Source of the DNA: Pempheris klunzingeri
Lineage: Eukaryota
NCBI RefSeq assembly: GCF_042242105.1
Contig: NC_092013.1
Span: 6,944,001 to 7,008,000, forward strand
DNA: 64,000 nucleotides
Direction: 5' to 3'
Under the pieces are notes generated by a model that was not told the origin of the DNA, searched no databases, and was given only the letters and a program-made list of their open reading frames with translations. Position numbers and translations under genes: made by a program. This document shows positions 12,301 to 25,576 of the stretch, in pieces. Numbering within the stretch: the stretch's first letter is position 1; every line of letters begins with the position of its first letter.

Positions 12301-14127
12301 GTATTTTAATTTACTACACCCATGAATAGACTGTTCTGAGCTCTTTCTGTTCAAACAAAACCGGTGCATTCCTCCATAGCGCTACTTATATTCTCCCTGC
12401 TGAGTTCACTGCAAAGGAATGCTGCCTGCTCTGGCCGAAACAACTTATTAACAAACACCGATGTCCTCGACTGCAACTACCTCCCTCTACTTTCTCTACC
12501 TCACGCCCTACATTTATGTTCTTGATTGACCCCTGACACCCAGAGTGTTGGAGTGGGCTTGTGCAGCACCACTTTGTAAAAACTTGCCAGAGGGTGCCGA
12601 TTGTTGTAAAAACAGGCGTGCCGTTATACATCCTCTCTCTGAGGATCCGAGGGCAGCGCTGTTGATGGTGGTGGTGGGTGGAGGAGTCGCCGCTTCAAGG
12701 AGAAAGGTATTAAAAAGAATCACTGTCTCCTTTTGTTTTAATAGCACCATAAAGGTAATGCCCCCCTATCCCGTACTTCTCAGACTTAATGTTTTCAGAC
12801 TAAGCCTGTGTGGACCGCCAACACTGTCAGTACTAGATGAATGGGCAGCTTTTCTTGGGATTGTAGTAGAAGTATCTGAACACAATGCCTGTTATTATTC
12901 ATCAGCTATAAACCTATAGCCAGGGAATCAGCTAACAAGAAAATCTTTCAAAGTGCTGAGATCAAATCCAAAATGATATTAATCTCCAGCAAGTTTCAGT
13001 CAGTGGCATCACTGGTTGTTATGCTCACCGGAAGAATGTGGGGAAATATGCATCTCCAGATAAAGAACCAGAATCCTTTTTTAATTTCACTATTGAGATT
13101 ACATCATGAAGTGACCGACATCTGACCTGAGCACTTCAAAGACTTGACACAAGTCCAAGACTTCATCTAGCTCATATCTGTGAATTCTTCTGGTGCCCCA
13201 TCACACTTGATATGGTCTCCACTTATTAAGTTTATTGAAACAGACAGACAACCGACCATCTGCTCTCCCTTTTCCCCTCATTGTGAATCATTGCCTCATC
13301 CAGTACAAGTTTACACTAATAAATGTCCCGCTTTGTCACAATGAAAGCACACAAGCAAAAGCACTCGTGCACGCTGACACAAACCCACACAGCGTATCTG
13401 GGCTGGTTCACTATTCACTCGGACAGCATCCTTATCCATCTTTGTCCATTAGGACCCATACTGTTTCCGGATGTGTGCTGTTGAGGAGTATTAGTAACCA
13501 TATCATTGGCCATGACCGCATGGCTTTATCCTATGCTCTAAATGCTTTAAGACAGGCGTGTGGCTTGTGTCACATGGTGTTTATCCGATTTATATCCTCA
13601 CATGGGTCACAAGACATCAGGGTTGACGCCGATGTCTCTGCTTGGGGGGAATGTGGGTTCAATACCTTCAAAAGAAACTGTTGGAAAACAATGTGATATT
13701 ATGTTTATTGACCGAAGGGCATACAAAGTAAGTCTCCAACACGTAATGAATGTTATTGTTTATTTCTTAGGTTATTTTGGGGGGAGGGGGTATGATAAGC
13801 TTTTTCTTTCTGTATGAGAATCAAGACACACTGGCCAACAAATAAGCCAACATGCCACCAAGAAACAATCTGACCCACGTGGTCAAACTCATCACAATAG
13901 ACAGGAAGAGCTGCAACACCAAACAAAGACACGGCTATGTCCAGGAACTCAGTGGGACAGGACCATTCATTTTGTTTAAATGGCACCGTTACATCTGAGT
14001 CATGTGAGGCCAACGCCAATTATCTTCAGTCGCGCCGTTGTGGGGCTGAAACAAAGGAAGCTCATCTATCCTGACTGTTTTTAGCTCAGGAGCCCAGTTT
14101 TGAGCCAGTGAATATTCAAGCCAGCAG

Positions 14128-14129
<2 letters not shown>

Positions 14130-14176
<47 letters not shown>
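14130..14176. repeat. (TG)n microsatellite
   Basis: Seen directly. Confidence 0.95.
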
Positions 14177-14177
<1 letters not shown>

Positions 14178-17100
14178 TGACAGTGGATGGTGTACACCCA
14201 TGCCTCGTGTTCAGTAGGAAGAGAATAGGGGCTTGTGAGCTCAGACAATTTCCTGTCTTGTCCCAGATCGTCAGCACATACTGTATTCCTGGTGAGGCGC
14301 AGCACACAGCGCTGCATGCATCACTGCTTCACTATAGAGGCACCGGCAGAGACCGAGACGCCGGCTGGTGTGTAAAAGTGGACGTGTGTGTCAGTGACTA
14401 AAATCTAATTCATAAACAGCTGTAACTACGGCACGTACAGCAACACTTATGAGGTTACACTTTCTACTCTCTTTAACTGCAGACTGCAGACTAAATGTAC
14501 ATTTAATGATGTCTGCCGACTCAAATCTTCTCAGGAACGAGAAAAAAATCTGAATTAAATGGTAGGCTGGAGAAGAGAATGAGAAAATATAACTGAGAGG
14601 AGAGGGAGATCGAGTGAAAAAGGGTGTAATAATCAGTCGGGAGATGAGGAGACATGAGAGAGAAAATGGTGCAGGTGAAAAGGCAAAGTGATGGAAATAG
14701 AGAGAAAAGAGGGAGAGATACAGGGGTGAGATGATGAGAAGAGTTGACGATACCCTTTTCAGATAGCCGGCGAGGCGGAACGAGGAGGAATGGAGAGAGA
14801 TAAGAGGTGAGCAGTCTGTGCATGTTTAGCTAAAAGGGAAACTTTCTTCTCTCAGTTAGTGGGCGACCGAGTGCCTGTCACATAACTACACCGAACACCA
14901 CTTCAACTTTGACCAAGTCCTTCAAAACAATACTCTTTATGATGCTGCACTACAGCTTCCACATTTTTTAGAGTTTTAATCAAGTGCTTTAACAGTGAGG
15001 CATTTATGGCCTTCAAATAAGATCTTTTTAAGAATCTTTTTGTAACGGCTGCACCCTGTTTGGTACGCTCGATTGAGACAGCGAAACAGGGGAAAAGTCC
15101 CTCAGCTGATTTTAAGCTGCCGTGAATCCATCTTTTTCATTATTTCCTTACAGGGACAAATCCAGGTCACACAGTCACGCTTTAAAGACGTCACTCCTCT
15201 GTACCATGCCTAAAATCACAGAAAGCAGCTCCTGGGAGCTCTTTTTTTAAACCCTGTGAGCAGCATCGCCTTCATAAACAAGTTTTGTTGTTGTGAAAAT
15301 GTAACCTCAACTGTAATTTTTAGGTGTGAATGTTCTCACAAAGCGCCCACAGTCTTTTTCCTCAACTGTTTTGTTTATGCTAATCAAGTCTAATGTCTAA
15401 TCCACTGAAAAAAAATTAAATACTTTTTGCTTAAGAAGCATGGACTTACATGAAAAAAATGAGGCATCATTTAAAGCACTATGGCGTAATACAACTGTCA
15501 CGCTTGTAGAAAATACAGAGGTTTATAGCTATATATATTGTGGCTGTATCCAAGAAAACAATGAACAATTGGGTTTGTTTGCAATCTCGCAATTTACCTG
15601 CTCTTCAAGCAAAAACAAAATGAAGTCACTGTATGCGCCATTGTATTAAACTAGCATTTCTTCTAAGAGAAAGTGGGAAGAAGCAGAAATAGGTTACAGG
15701 TATAAAAGGTTCAGTTTACGTTGAAGCCTTTTTTCTGCAAAATATCCCTCCTCAGGCAAAAACCTTTTTGGCACTTTAGTCTAAGTAGAATTCCAGTCTT
15801 TAGTCCAACACGTCCATTTCATGATCAGAGGTTTCAGAGAGGCGCCTGGCTGTTCTTGGAGCCCTCCCAAAAGGAAGGGCCGGGCCTACTGGTTGGTCCA
15901 GAAGGACGAGTCACATCAGCCATTGTGAGTCAGTCACAGAGGACAAGGGGAGGGAGCGGCGAGGTTCAACAGGAGACAAAACACACAGCAACCTCGAGCA
16001 CACGTTCATTAGGTCATATTACCAAGACTGTCTTTCAACCTGGCAGACAGCACAATTAATAAGGCTGGCGCTTGTGTAAACGCAGCACGCGTGTATTCTG
16101 CGGGTGTCCGACGGTATTTGTGTCCGTCCAAGTCTGCTTTATGCTGCCGTGTCTAAATGCAGCAAGTGACAGAGGGAGGGAAAGAACTGTGGATGAAAAG
16201 AACGGAGAAATGGGAGGCTGAGAGACAAAGCCAAAATTGTGTCCAAAGAGCTTGTCAGTGTCGTTACAGCAACACAGCCCGGGACGCGGTAGAGCTTTGG
16301 GGAGGAAGAGAGTGTGGGGGAGGATAAGAGCAGACATGGAGAGAAAGAAAAACACTGAGAGAGACGTGTTGGAAAGAGAGAAATGCGAGCGCAGAGGAAG
16401 GGAGATAAGGAGAGACTGGTGGGAGCGGGGGAAGATGAGAGGAAGAGTGGTGAGTGAGAGGAATGCCAGAGACAAAGAGGGGAGGAGAGGACAGAAGACA
16501 GGAGAGAAGAGGGACTAAATACAGTATATCAGCGTCTAGTTCAACAGAACGCTGAGCTGGATGTGAAAAGCCTTCAGCATAACTATGGCTTACAGGACAG
16601 CCACTGCACTGGATGCTGCAGGCCCGAAGCCAACTTTTTGACAGGAGACTTCACAAAGAAGACGAACTTCTCTCTACAAAGCCCCACACTGAGTGTACCC
16701 TACAGAGGAGATGAATAAAACTGGTAATTTAGTCTCAGGTCTGAATATTGCTGTGCATGACAGACACACTCTCACTGGGGGACGCAATCATTGCAAGATA
16801 AGAAATACTCTGCTCCCTGTGGATTTAAATGTGTTTAAATGTTATTTGCCCTAGTCTGATTAAGTCTCCCCTCCGATTCTATTGCATTCCAGCCTGCTGA
16901 ATAAGCGCCTCGCTCCCTCCACGTCTCCACAAACCTCCTCTGCATTCTCAGCTGGCCCCCTCGCCATAGTGTACAAATATATCACACCAATATTGGCCAG
17001 GCAAATGACCTGCCATGTTCCACGGCCCCCCGGGGACCCACTGCCACTCATAACTCCCCAATCCCTCGCTTATTTCAGCCACTCACTGCCACTTTGAGGC

Positions 17101-20100
17101 AGGTTGAAAATACGAGGCTGAGGTGTTATTTGGGCGCCATAATCGTACATTGTTTGGGTGTTTATGCAAGCTGGGTCTGTCGGCTTCAAAGTGAAGAAAA
17201 TGGTGTTGGTGCCATGCTGGGATGTATGGGTACAAAACTGGATGGAGCACAGAGGCTTTTTAGTTTCTGAAATGCAGTTATACAGGACAGGCAGGGTAGC
17301 AATACTGAAGTGAACACGAAACCAGCAGGTTAATGTCACCGCATAAGACGCAGAAAATTAATCAGTATCAATATTAACAACTGCGGTCCAAATATAAAGC
17401 AAAGTAAAAGCAAGGCTTTTCAGATATTGCTAGCTTTGTTATCAATGTATTCTCTTCAGCACAGCAGCTGAGATGAAGCTTTGCCCTCAGTCTGGTGTCT
17501 GAACAGACTTGATACAAGAAACCTTTTGTTCTCCACCAAATCACTTTGTACAGAGCCAAATCAGTTCTACAAAGCTCTGGAATTAAACCACAACCTAATA
17601 TGTCTTTGGTACAAGTGGGCCTTGACCCATTATTTGACAAATGCTGTTTGATAATGGGATTCAGTACTAAGCCGGTCTCCTTCGCCGCACTGCAATCCAC
17701 TTTCCTCTGCAGGTCGGCTGACCCTTCCCTTGGTGTGCTGAAGGATGGCTTGTATGATCTGTTCTGGCTTGTTAAAACTCGTGATTTCACAAGGGGGGAG
17801 AGGTGAAGGCTCGCACAATGACAAGAACCTGTCACCAGAGTCGTGCACCTGACCTCTACCCACAATGCCCGGCAGCGAGAGAGGGACAGAGAGAGAAGAA
17901 GTTCCCTGGTTATCGCTCTCCCTTCTCTCTCTCTCTCTCTCTCTCGAGGAATATTCAAGTCTCGACCTGCATGCCTCATTTGAATTTCAACGGCTGCCTT
18001 AAACTCAGTAGAGAACAACACACACACATACACACACAAAACAGTGGGTTTGCAGCTCAATCGTCCAAGAGAAAGCGCATTTTCCAAGAGAAGTAACTCA
18101 TGAATCGTGAATTTGTGTGTCACAGAGGTGTCTTGCTATACGCCCTGACCTTTCCAAGGAGAGAACGAAGTGAATCCATTTCTCCTGCAGCTGTTTGTAT
18201 GAAGCGCAAGGCAGCAATTATTAAAGCCTAATGAATAACTGGGACAAAAACAAAGCGCCGGCACACTCGAGCCATTTCTGCTCACCCCAAAGGCTACATT
18301 AGCATCTTAAATGCAATTGAAACTTCTTATTCGAAATGCAGACAGCTCGCTTTTGGGGGTTGGGGGGAGGTTGGGGCGAAGAAACATTATTCCTGCTCCC
18401 AACCTGTAGATGCACACAGTATGCAGATTTAACTGCCTTAGTGGAGGTGGTCATTAATTCTTGTAAAGATGGGAAAGAGGGAGAAAAACTTCAGAACAGC
18501 ATGGAATCATCAAGACGACCATGGGTCAGTAAATAGTTGCAAATTTGTGAAGCAGATGCGGACAGTTGAGGGCTTGCTTCATTTTTGGGCAGTGACACAT
18601 ATCGGCCTATACGGGGCTTAACAAGCACACTAGAAAATTAGCCTTCTCTGTGAGCTGATTCACTGGGGAAGGAGGGGGAGGAGGGATGAAAACAAGAGAC
18701 TCGGAGTAAAAGAGATCGACAGATTATGTAGGGTGACCACAACCGCTTTGACCACCACCAAAAACCTCTTAAAGCTGTTTTCATGTCAAATAAGAGAAAT
18801 CCTGGAAAGCCTCAACTGCGGCGCCGCAATCTGAACATTTATTTTACAAGCTCCCGGCTGAGCACACAACCAAATCTCTCACTTCACAATGGATTTCTGA
18901 GTCATCCATCAATGTATGCACTTCTGTGGGTGTGTGAATGGATGGTGTTAGGCGACGCTTGAGGTGCTTCGTCCAGCAAGCGTGACTCCATGTGGCCTAG
19001 ATCCAGGCTTGGAGTGAAAGGGGCTCCAATGCCGCTAATTTGGGTCACTGTGTTGCTGGGTTGCGGCTTGTGCTCCTCCAGGAACAGACATGAATGTGTG
19101 TGCATGGAAAGCGTGCATGTGGGCCTAGTTTAACTTCACCCACTGTCTGTTTTCCAGCTGTGTGTGTTTCCTGTGCTGAGCTAAGCTAGTCTTCTCTCTA
19201 TCTCAGTGTAATATGGTCTTCATTAGCAGGCCGGTGGCTGTGGTGGTTGGCTGGCAGAGTTATTCCAGCTATGTGTTTGTACTGGGGGTCCTCGGGGAGA
19301 AATGTGTCAGCCTGATCCACAGCTTGGACAAGACCCTCACCACCGGCTTGTACTATGAACATGACAGGTCGCTGTGAGAGGCAGGGAGGTAGAAGATATA
19401 TGGAGTTTGAAAACAGACAGGGAGCTAGAAGAGTACTGTGTGCAATACTGTCTTTGTCTCTTGTGGTCGCTGAAGTATGGCCAAGTATTTAAGCAGTAAA
19501 TACACACAAATGTGCACACAAACGTGCACACACTTGGCTCTCTTGACAGGCATAAACCTCAACAAGAACAACAGTGAAACGGGATCCTGAACCTTTCTCC
19601 TGAAACTGTGAAGCCAACAGTCTGTTACTTAAGAGCTCCCAGAACATCGGAAATAGAGGAAATATAGATTTCCTTGGCAGTCTTTGAATCTTTTTAGCCT
19701 CTCAGAGCACGTCCACTTTCATGCACTAACTCAACGCGATCTTCGAGAAGTGGCACTAACAAAGCATTTTAGTTTTCCTCTGTGGTGTCAGCTTAAAAGC
19801 AGCAGCTCTCTTGAGCAGCAACAGGAGAAAGATGGAGAGTTTCAATAGAGACTTAAGAGACCGAGCATGTGGTGCAACAATAGGATGTGCAAAACCACGG
19901 TGTCTGCTGCGCAAACACAGCAATGTGTAGTCTTTACTTCAGTTTTTCCTGTTCCACCTGCACACCTACAAAATATCACAGAGGGAAACGGGCGCACACA
20001 CTGCAAAGATGGCACTGATGCACAGAGTAAACAGAAAATGAAACCCATCACACACACACACACAGACACACACACAGACACACACAGACATGGGGCTGGG

Positions 20101-20431
20101 GCTTTACCACAGTGGCGCCGGGGCAGGGCAGGCGGCAGCAGCAGCTACTAATTAAGAGTGGATGGCTGAACAGCTATAGTTAGAGTTAGAGCTGGAGGGC
20201 TGAGGAGAATGGGGCGACAGGTCTGACACCGTGTCTGTGTGAGTCTGGATGTGTATGTGTATGTGTGTGTGTGTGTGTGTGTTACTGGCGGCCCCGGGGC
20301 CGTAGGCTAGGGCCCCGGTTCAAGTCTTGCTGACTCAGATTCAACACTGCCTGTCTGACTGGAATACTGCTAGTACAGCTAGCAGGGGGGTAAGAGCAAT
20401 TTGCTCTTTCCCCGTTTCTGTTACTTTGCTC

Positions 20432-20466
20432 CCTCCTCCTCCTCCTCCTCCTCCTCCTCCTCCTCC
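20432..20466. repeat. (CCT)n microsatellite
   Basis: Seen directly. Confidence 0.9.
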
Positions 20467-21733
20467 CTCTACATTTTTGCTCATCTCTGAGTTTCACTTC
20501 CTCCTTTCATTCCCTCGTTCCACTTTCCGGCCGCTCTGTCATTTTGTCTCTCCCTCTTTCCTCCCTGCTTCCGCACACAGTCAATATGATTCAATAAGCT
20601 TTATTGGCAGTGAATGCGTTTGTGGAGCTGTGGTGGGGAATACAGTGGGGGATCAAAACAGGAAATACGTTTGCTTTTAATGGCCCTTGACAGTGATATC
20701 CCAAATCAGCCTTTTCCTATCTCTCTGTCATTCTAACTCTGTTTTTGTTCCCACCTGATAGATACTAGATGTTCCTGTTCTGCTGCTGCAGCTTTAGTGA
20801 ATCAGACTTGTTGGGCAACTTGGGGAATTAACGGCCTCACAGGTTCGCAGCATCACGCTGTGAAATGTAAACACAAACAAGAAAGATGACACGGCCTGAG
20901 ATAGCCTCAATGCCATTCTTACAGCAGTCTTTTAAAGGTACATAAATTGGTACAAATGTGTCCTACAAAACATTTCTGTTACAGTTATTACAGTTCATTG
21001 TGCACTGTTAAGGCAATTTATTGTGTTAAAATAACTGGTGACCATATTAACATACATTAAAAAGAGCCTTGTGACAGTATAAGAGGCTTGGCCTAGGCCT
21101 TAGTTATTTAGCGTGCCAGCTAATCCTATTGTTGTTGTCTCTGGAGCATAAGTGGCGAGCTTGATGTTAAATCCTTGCTTTTGTGTCTTTGAGGCTCATT
21201 TGCTGCCATCGACCGCCTAAAATAATAGTCCTTCACATTTGAGTGTAGACCAGTTTTGAAAGTCAAGTACCACTCTCGTGCATACCATGAACAAATACTG
21301 TGAAGGACATCCTGAATATCAGATCAAACAAGCTTTAAATGACAGACGATTTGACCGTGGCTACCGATTGGACTGAATCACTGCCAGTCCACTGCATTCT
21401 CAGCATTTCTGACCTGCCAAGAATGGAAAAGTGACATAGTTGACATTTGGATGCTTCAAACCGTGGGAAGGTTAATGGTATGAAACCGGCAAGTTGCCAT
21501 TCTTATGCACCAGGTCCTGCAGGACTCAGGACTACAGTTTACTTTGGTTACATACACACACACACAAACACACATACACACTTGCTCTTTCGTGTTTGCA
21601 GTCTAAACAGCGAGTTACAGGGGAGTGTGTGTGTCAGTTTATTGTTTGTCTGTTCCTCTCCATGTGCTCCCTGATGTTTACCTCTGCAGAACAATAGACT
21701 GGCCTGGGAAAACCTGAGCGCCAGAGGTCTGAT

Positions 21734-21735
<2 letters not shown>

Positions 21736-21780
<45 letters not shown>

Positions 21781-21790
21781 GTGTGTGTGT
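21736..21790. repeat. (TG)n microsatellite
   Basis: Seen directly, with one interruption. Confidence 0.95.
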
Positions 21791-24700
21791 ACGTGTACTG
21801 TTCCATCCAAGTATTTTACTTCTGATTGCATTTCCGTGATTCCATCGTAAAAGTCTCCACAATACACTAAACACCGTTACTTGGCGCTTCTAATTTAAGC
21901 ACTGACCTCTGCATTTGTCCATTTTAAGTATGTTTGCATTTCTATGAGTAAGTAATAAAGTTTTTTGCTGCCCAAATTTGATTATTGTGATTAAGGAAAA
22001 TGTAATTAACTTAAAAATAACATTGTAGTAGTAGTAGTATATTTTTTTAATGAAATAATTTATTAAGTAATGTAGTTTAAGTTATGAAAATAAACTTTTA
22101 TAAAAGAGTGTGAGCATTTCAACTAAAATATTTAAACATTAAAAAATGTATTTAATAGCAATGTCACCTCTATTCGAACAGCAGGCGCATTTAAGAGTCT
22201 GTGTCCATTATCATCTTATCTTTAACATAACAATCCAAATGAGATCCATTACATAAACTACTCGTATGGAGCGCAGAGCAGAGTGTTAGTGAGCTGGCAT
22301 ACGGAGGACAGAGATGCAGAGTGTCAGATCCGTGAAAAAGTGATGGAAAAGTGGTTTGTAATTGGGGATTTTACATTTAATCGTCACTCACGTTGATTAA
22401 TGGGACACAGCGGGCGGACATGCTGCTCCCCCACAAACATCTCTAAATGATCAGCAGGGCACAGATTCTACAGATCGTTATATAACATCATAACAAGTTT
22501 GTTGATATCACCTTTATACCTGAGTAGACAAAAAAACAGTCATTCAGTCATCAATATATAATCCGATCGCCAATCATCACAAACATAAACTGGAACCAAA
22601 ATCATTTGGTCCCGGAGAAATTGAGATCTCTTGGAAACGTGTAGCCTTTGGGGTAACAAAAGAAATAACATTCCCGTAAAAAAGTTAAACAATGATTTTA
22701 CTGTTTCACTAGCAGTGAAAACAGTTTTTTTTTTTAAATCAAGCTGTGAATGCTGTAATTAAATCTCCACTTTAAAGCATTTCTGTGATGTTCAGCATGT
22801 GAGCAACTCAGCCAGGGGAAAATCTAAATTAGCACTATTTTCCACATTATAATTTTGTATGGAATACCATCATGTCAATTATAAAAACACTAACTTAACC
22901 CTGACATATGAATATGGGTGCTTGCACGTGAAAGTAGAGAGGGACACAAACACCGATTAGGGAGGTTAAAGGGCATTATCTGACAGACTGTTAATTCAGC
23001 CAGCCTTACAGAAGAACCGCTCTGTGTGCGCGTGTGAGAGATCTGGGCCTGTCGCCAGCCAACAGTTGGGCTAACTGTCTCATGTGGGCTTCCTGCCGAG
23101 GCTAACACTCATATGGCTACTGTGGCTAGTGGACTGAACTTAACAATGGCTTAAATCTGAGAAACAGAGCAGCGACGGTTCCTTCATCTACATTAGGCAT
23201 CATTAGCGTGTATGAGAGGGTGCCTCTTCAGAAAAAGCTTCCCATGGTCTGCTTGTTTCAAAAAAAAAAAAAGATCAACTTCATTTAACAATTGTGAAAT
23301 CTTTATAAAAAGATAGAACTCATAGTGTTTTTTTTTTTTAGATGAGAAATTGTATCAAAAGAGATTCAAAAAGCACAGCATGTTATCAGGAGTAAATGCA
23401 GTGTAGCTTTTCATTACGAGAGCTGGAAACGGAGACAGACAGAGAAAGAGAAGAGGCCTGCGCTGTGCCCATCCTCACTTTGGCCCGGCGCCAGGCCCGC
23501 TCCGACAGAGGAAAAGAAAGAGAAAGGGAGGGTGTTGTGAGCGCGTGTGGATGTGTGTGTCTGTGTGACGGGGGCAAACATTCCCCTGGCAGGATCCCCG
23601 GGACCCGGCGGAGGGCAGGGTTCAGCCGGTGAAGGAGAGGCTGCGTGCCCGGCAGTCAATTAGCGGCTTGCATTTACACAACAAATGGAGCTCCCACGGC
23701 TTCTCCAGCGCTCACACACGCGTGCACACACACCACTCATGAGTGTATCCACTCAGCGCTCATCAGCACACGCCAACACAAGGTCAGAGCGATGGGGAGG
23801 GGGGAGGAGAAAGAGAAAGTAAGAGAGAGAGAGAGAGGGAGCAAGAGGCCAGCTATCTGCTGGAGTGGTACTCTACAAATACTAACTCATTGGCAGTATC
23901 ACAAACCCAAGCAGAGCCACGGTGAGCACAAAGTTACAGAATCTCTACTGCTGAATACTGCAGCTGTGAAACAGGCATGAATACTTGTTCTCTTTTTTTC
24001 CATTTAGTAGATTTTAACAAAAGAGATCATGATGGAAAAGGGAGATCTACATCATGAATAAGTCCTGAAACAATTAGCGGTTGATTTATTGATCAATTCG
24101 TTTACATGCATTTAGCAAAAATGCAGATATGTTTGCATGAGATATTTAGAAAGTGATAAATAACCCCAGCAGAAGCCAACAGGTGGATGCTGAGATGGTG
24201 GTGTGGCTGAGAACAGGCAGCAATACTGACGCAGGGCAGCAGCGGCATTCACAAGACAGAGGGAGGGATGAGCAGCATCAGTTGTCTGCCTGGGTCGGCT
24301 CACAGGCGTCGCTCCATTGGACGATTGTTTATGACAAAACAAGATTTCAAACTGTCAAATTTCTCGCTTTTCTTCGCCATTTTCTGACACTTTTTTACCC
24401 TCAAAGGGTAACTCAATCTGCCTTCAAACTAGTGACGCTGCGCTTTTATACTACAACTTTGACAATACAGGTGAAAAACAACAGCAAAACGTAACCGAGT
24501 CAAATCAATACTTTGCAGTGATTATCATTTTTACATAAAATCCATCTGCTAGCCTTCATCAGCACAACAGATTGTCCCTGTCTTTGTAAATGCAGTGCAT
24601 TGTGGTAATGTAGTTTTGGTGCTTTCCTGCATTAAATGTGGATTGAAAAGTACCTCAGCAGGAACAGCCAGCATCATGCATTAAGGCACACTAAATGGAT

Positions 24701-24893
24701 GCACAACAAAATTTACCTAGTGGGTTGTTAATTTAACTGAGCTGGCAGCAGCCAAATATTAACACAGTCTGATTAGTCACAGTGTAAAGATGATGTGAGG
24801 CCACCGAAAGTAATCAGGTTGCTGGGAGATGGACACAGTGAAGGAAAGTAACAGGAAGGAGAGAGAGAAGAGGAAAAGACTGAGGAGACACAG

Positions 24894-25576
24894 CAGTGTT
24901 TCCATTGTAAAACATTTTGCAGCAGCGGTCCGCCACAACCGTTGCCGCTGCTGTTTCAGAATTTTATGAAATGTTAGAAAGTCGTAATCACATGAGTCTG
25001 CGGGGCTGAAGTCAAACCGATGGTCGTCCGCGCCCTCTCCACTTTATTGGATGAGCAACTGGAACAGTGACAGGACGTCATTCAATCGCAAAGTCATGAC
25101 AACCAAATAAACAACAGCGTTTTCCCCTCAGGGAGAGGACAGGATTCTGTTACTGGAGAAGAAAAAGGGTCAATTTAACTAGATAATGTTAAGTTAGGTA
25201 GATTTTACAGTTTCAATAAACATTTGCAGTGTATACTATATCAATATTCATGGCTAATAATGATGTTTAATATCAATAATGTGTTCAGATGAGTTTGTTA
25301 AAACATTTCTCCTGTTGTCAATGATGTCAGGTGCCGTTACTTTGGCTGGGAAAGGTCAGAAGGTTCTTAGCTATGCCTCAAAGTTTTGAAGAGAGGGAAA
25401 TGTCATTATGTATAAATATATGTCGATGAATATGTTCTAAACTTTGTTGTACCTATTGATATTCACGCCGACCACCAGCATGTATCACCCATGTACGGCA
25501 GCAGCACACACGCATCACCCAAATACGACAAAACCCTTTCTCCCTGCCGCTGAAAAATATCCAAGAGGAAACATTG
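24894..25576. mobile_element. Non-autonomous DNA transposon (MITE, hAT-like ends)
   Basis: Left end CAGTGTTTCC..ATTTTGCAGCAGCGG. The right end read in reverse complement is CAATGTTTCC..ATTTTTCAGCGGCAGG. No coding capacity and no clean 8-bp TSD. Confidence 0.6.

Noticed and set aside
17374..18123. 249-aa minus-strand ORF
   Set aside because: Non-ATG start, includes microsatellite translation, and no recognisable domain.
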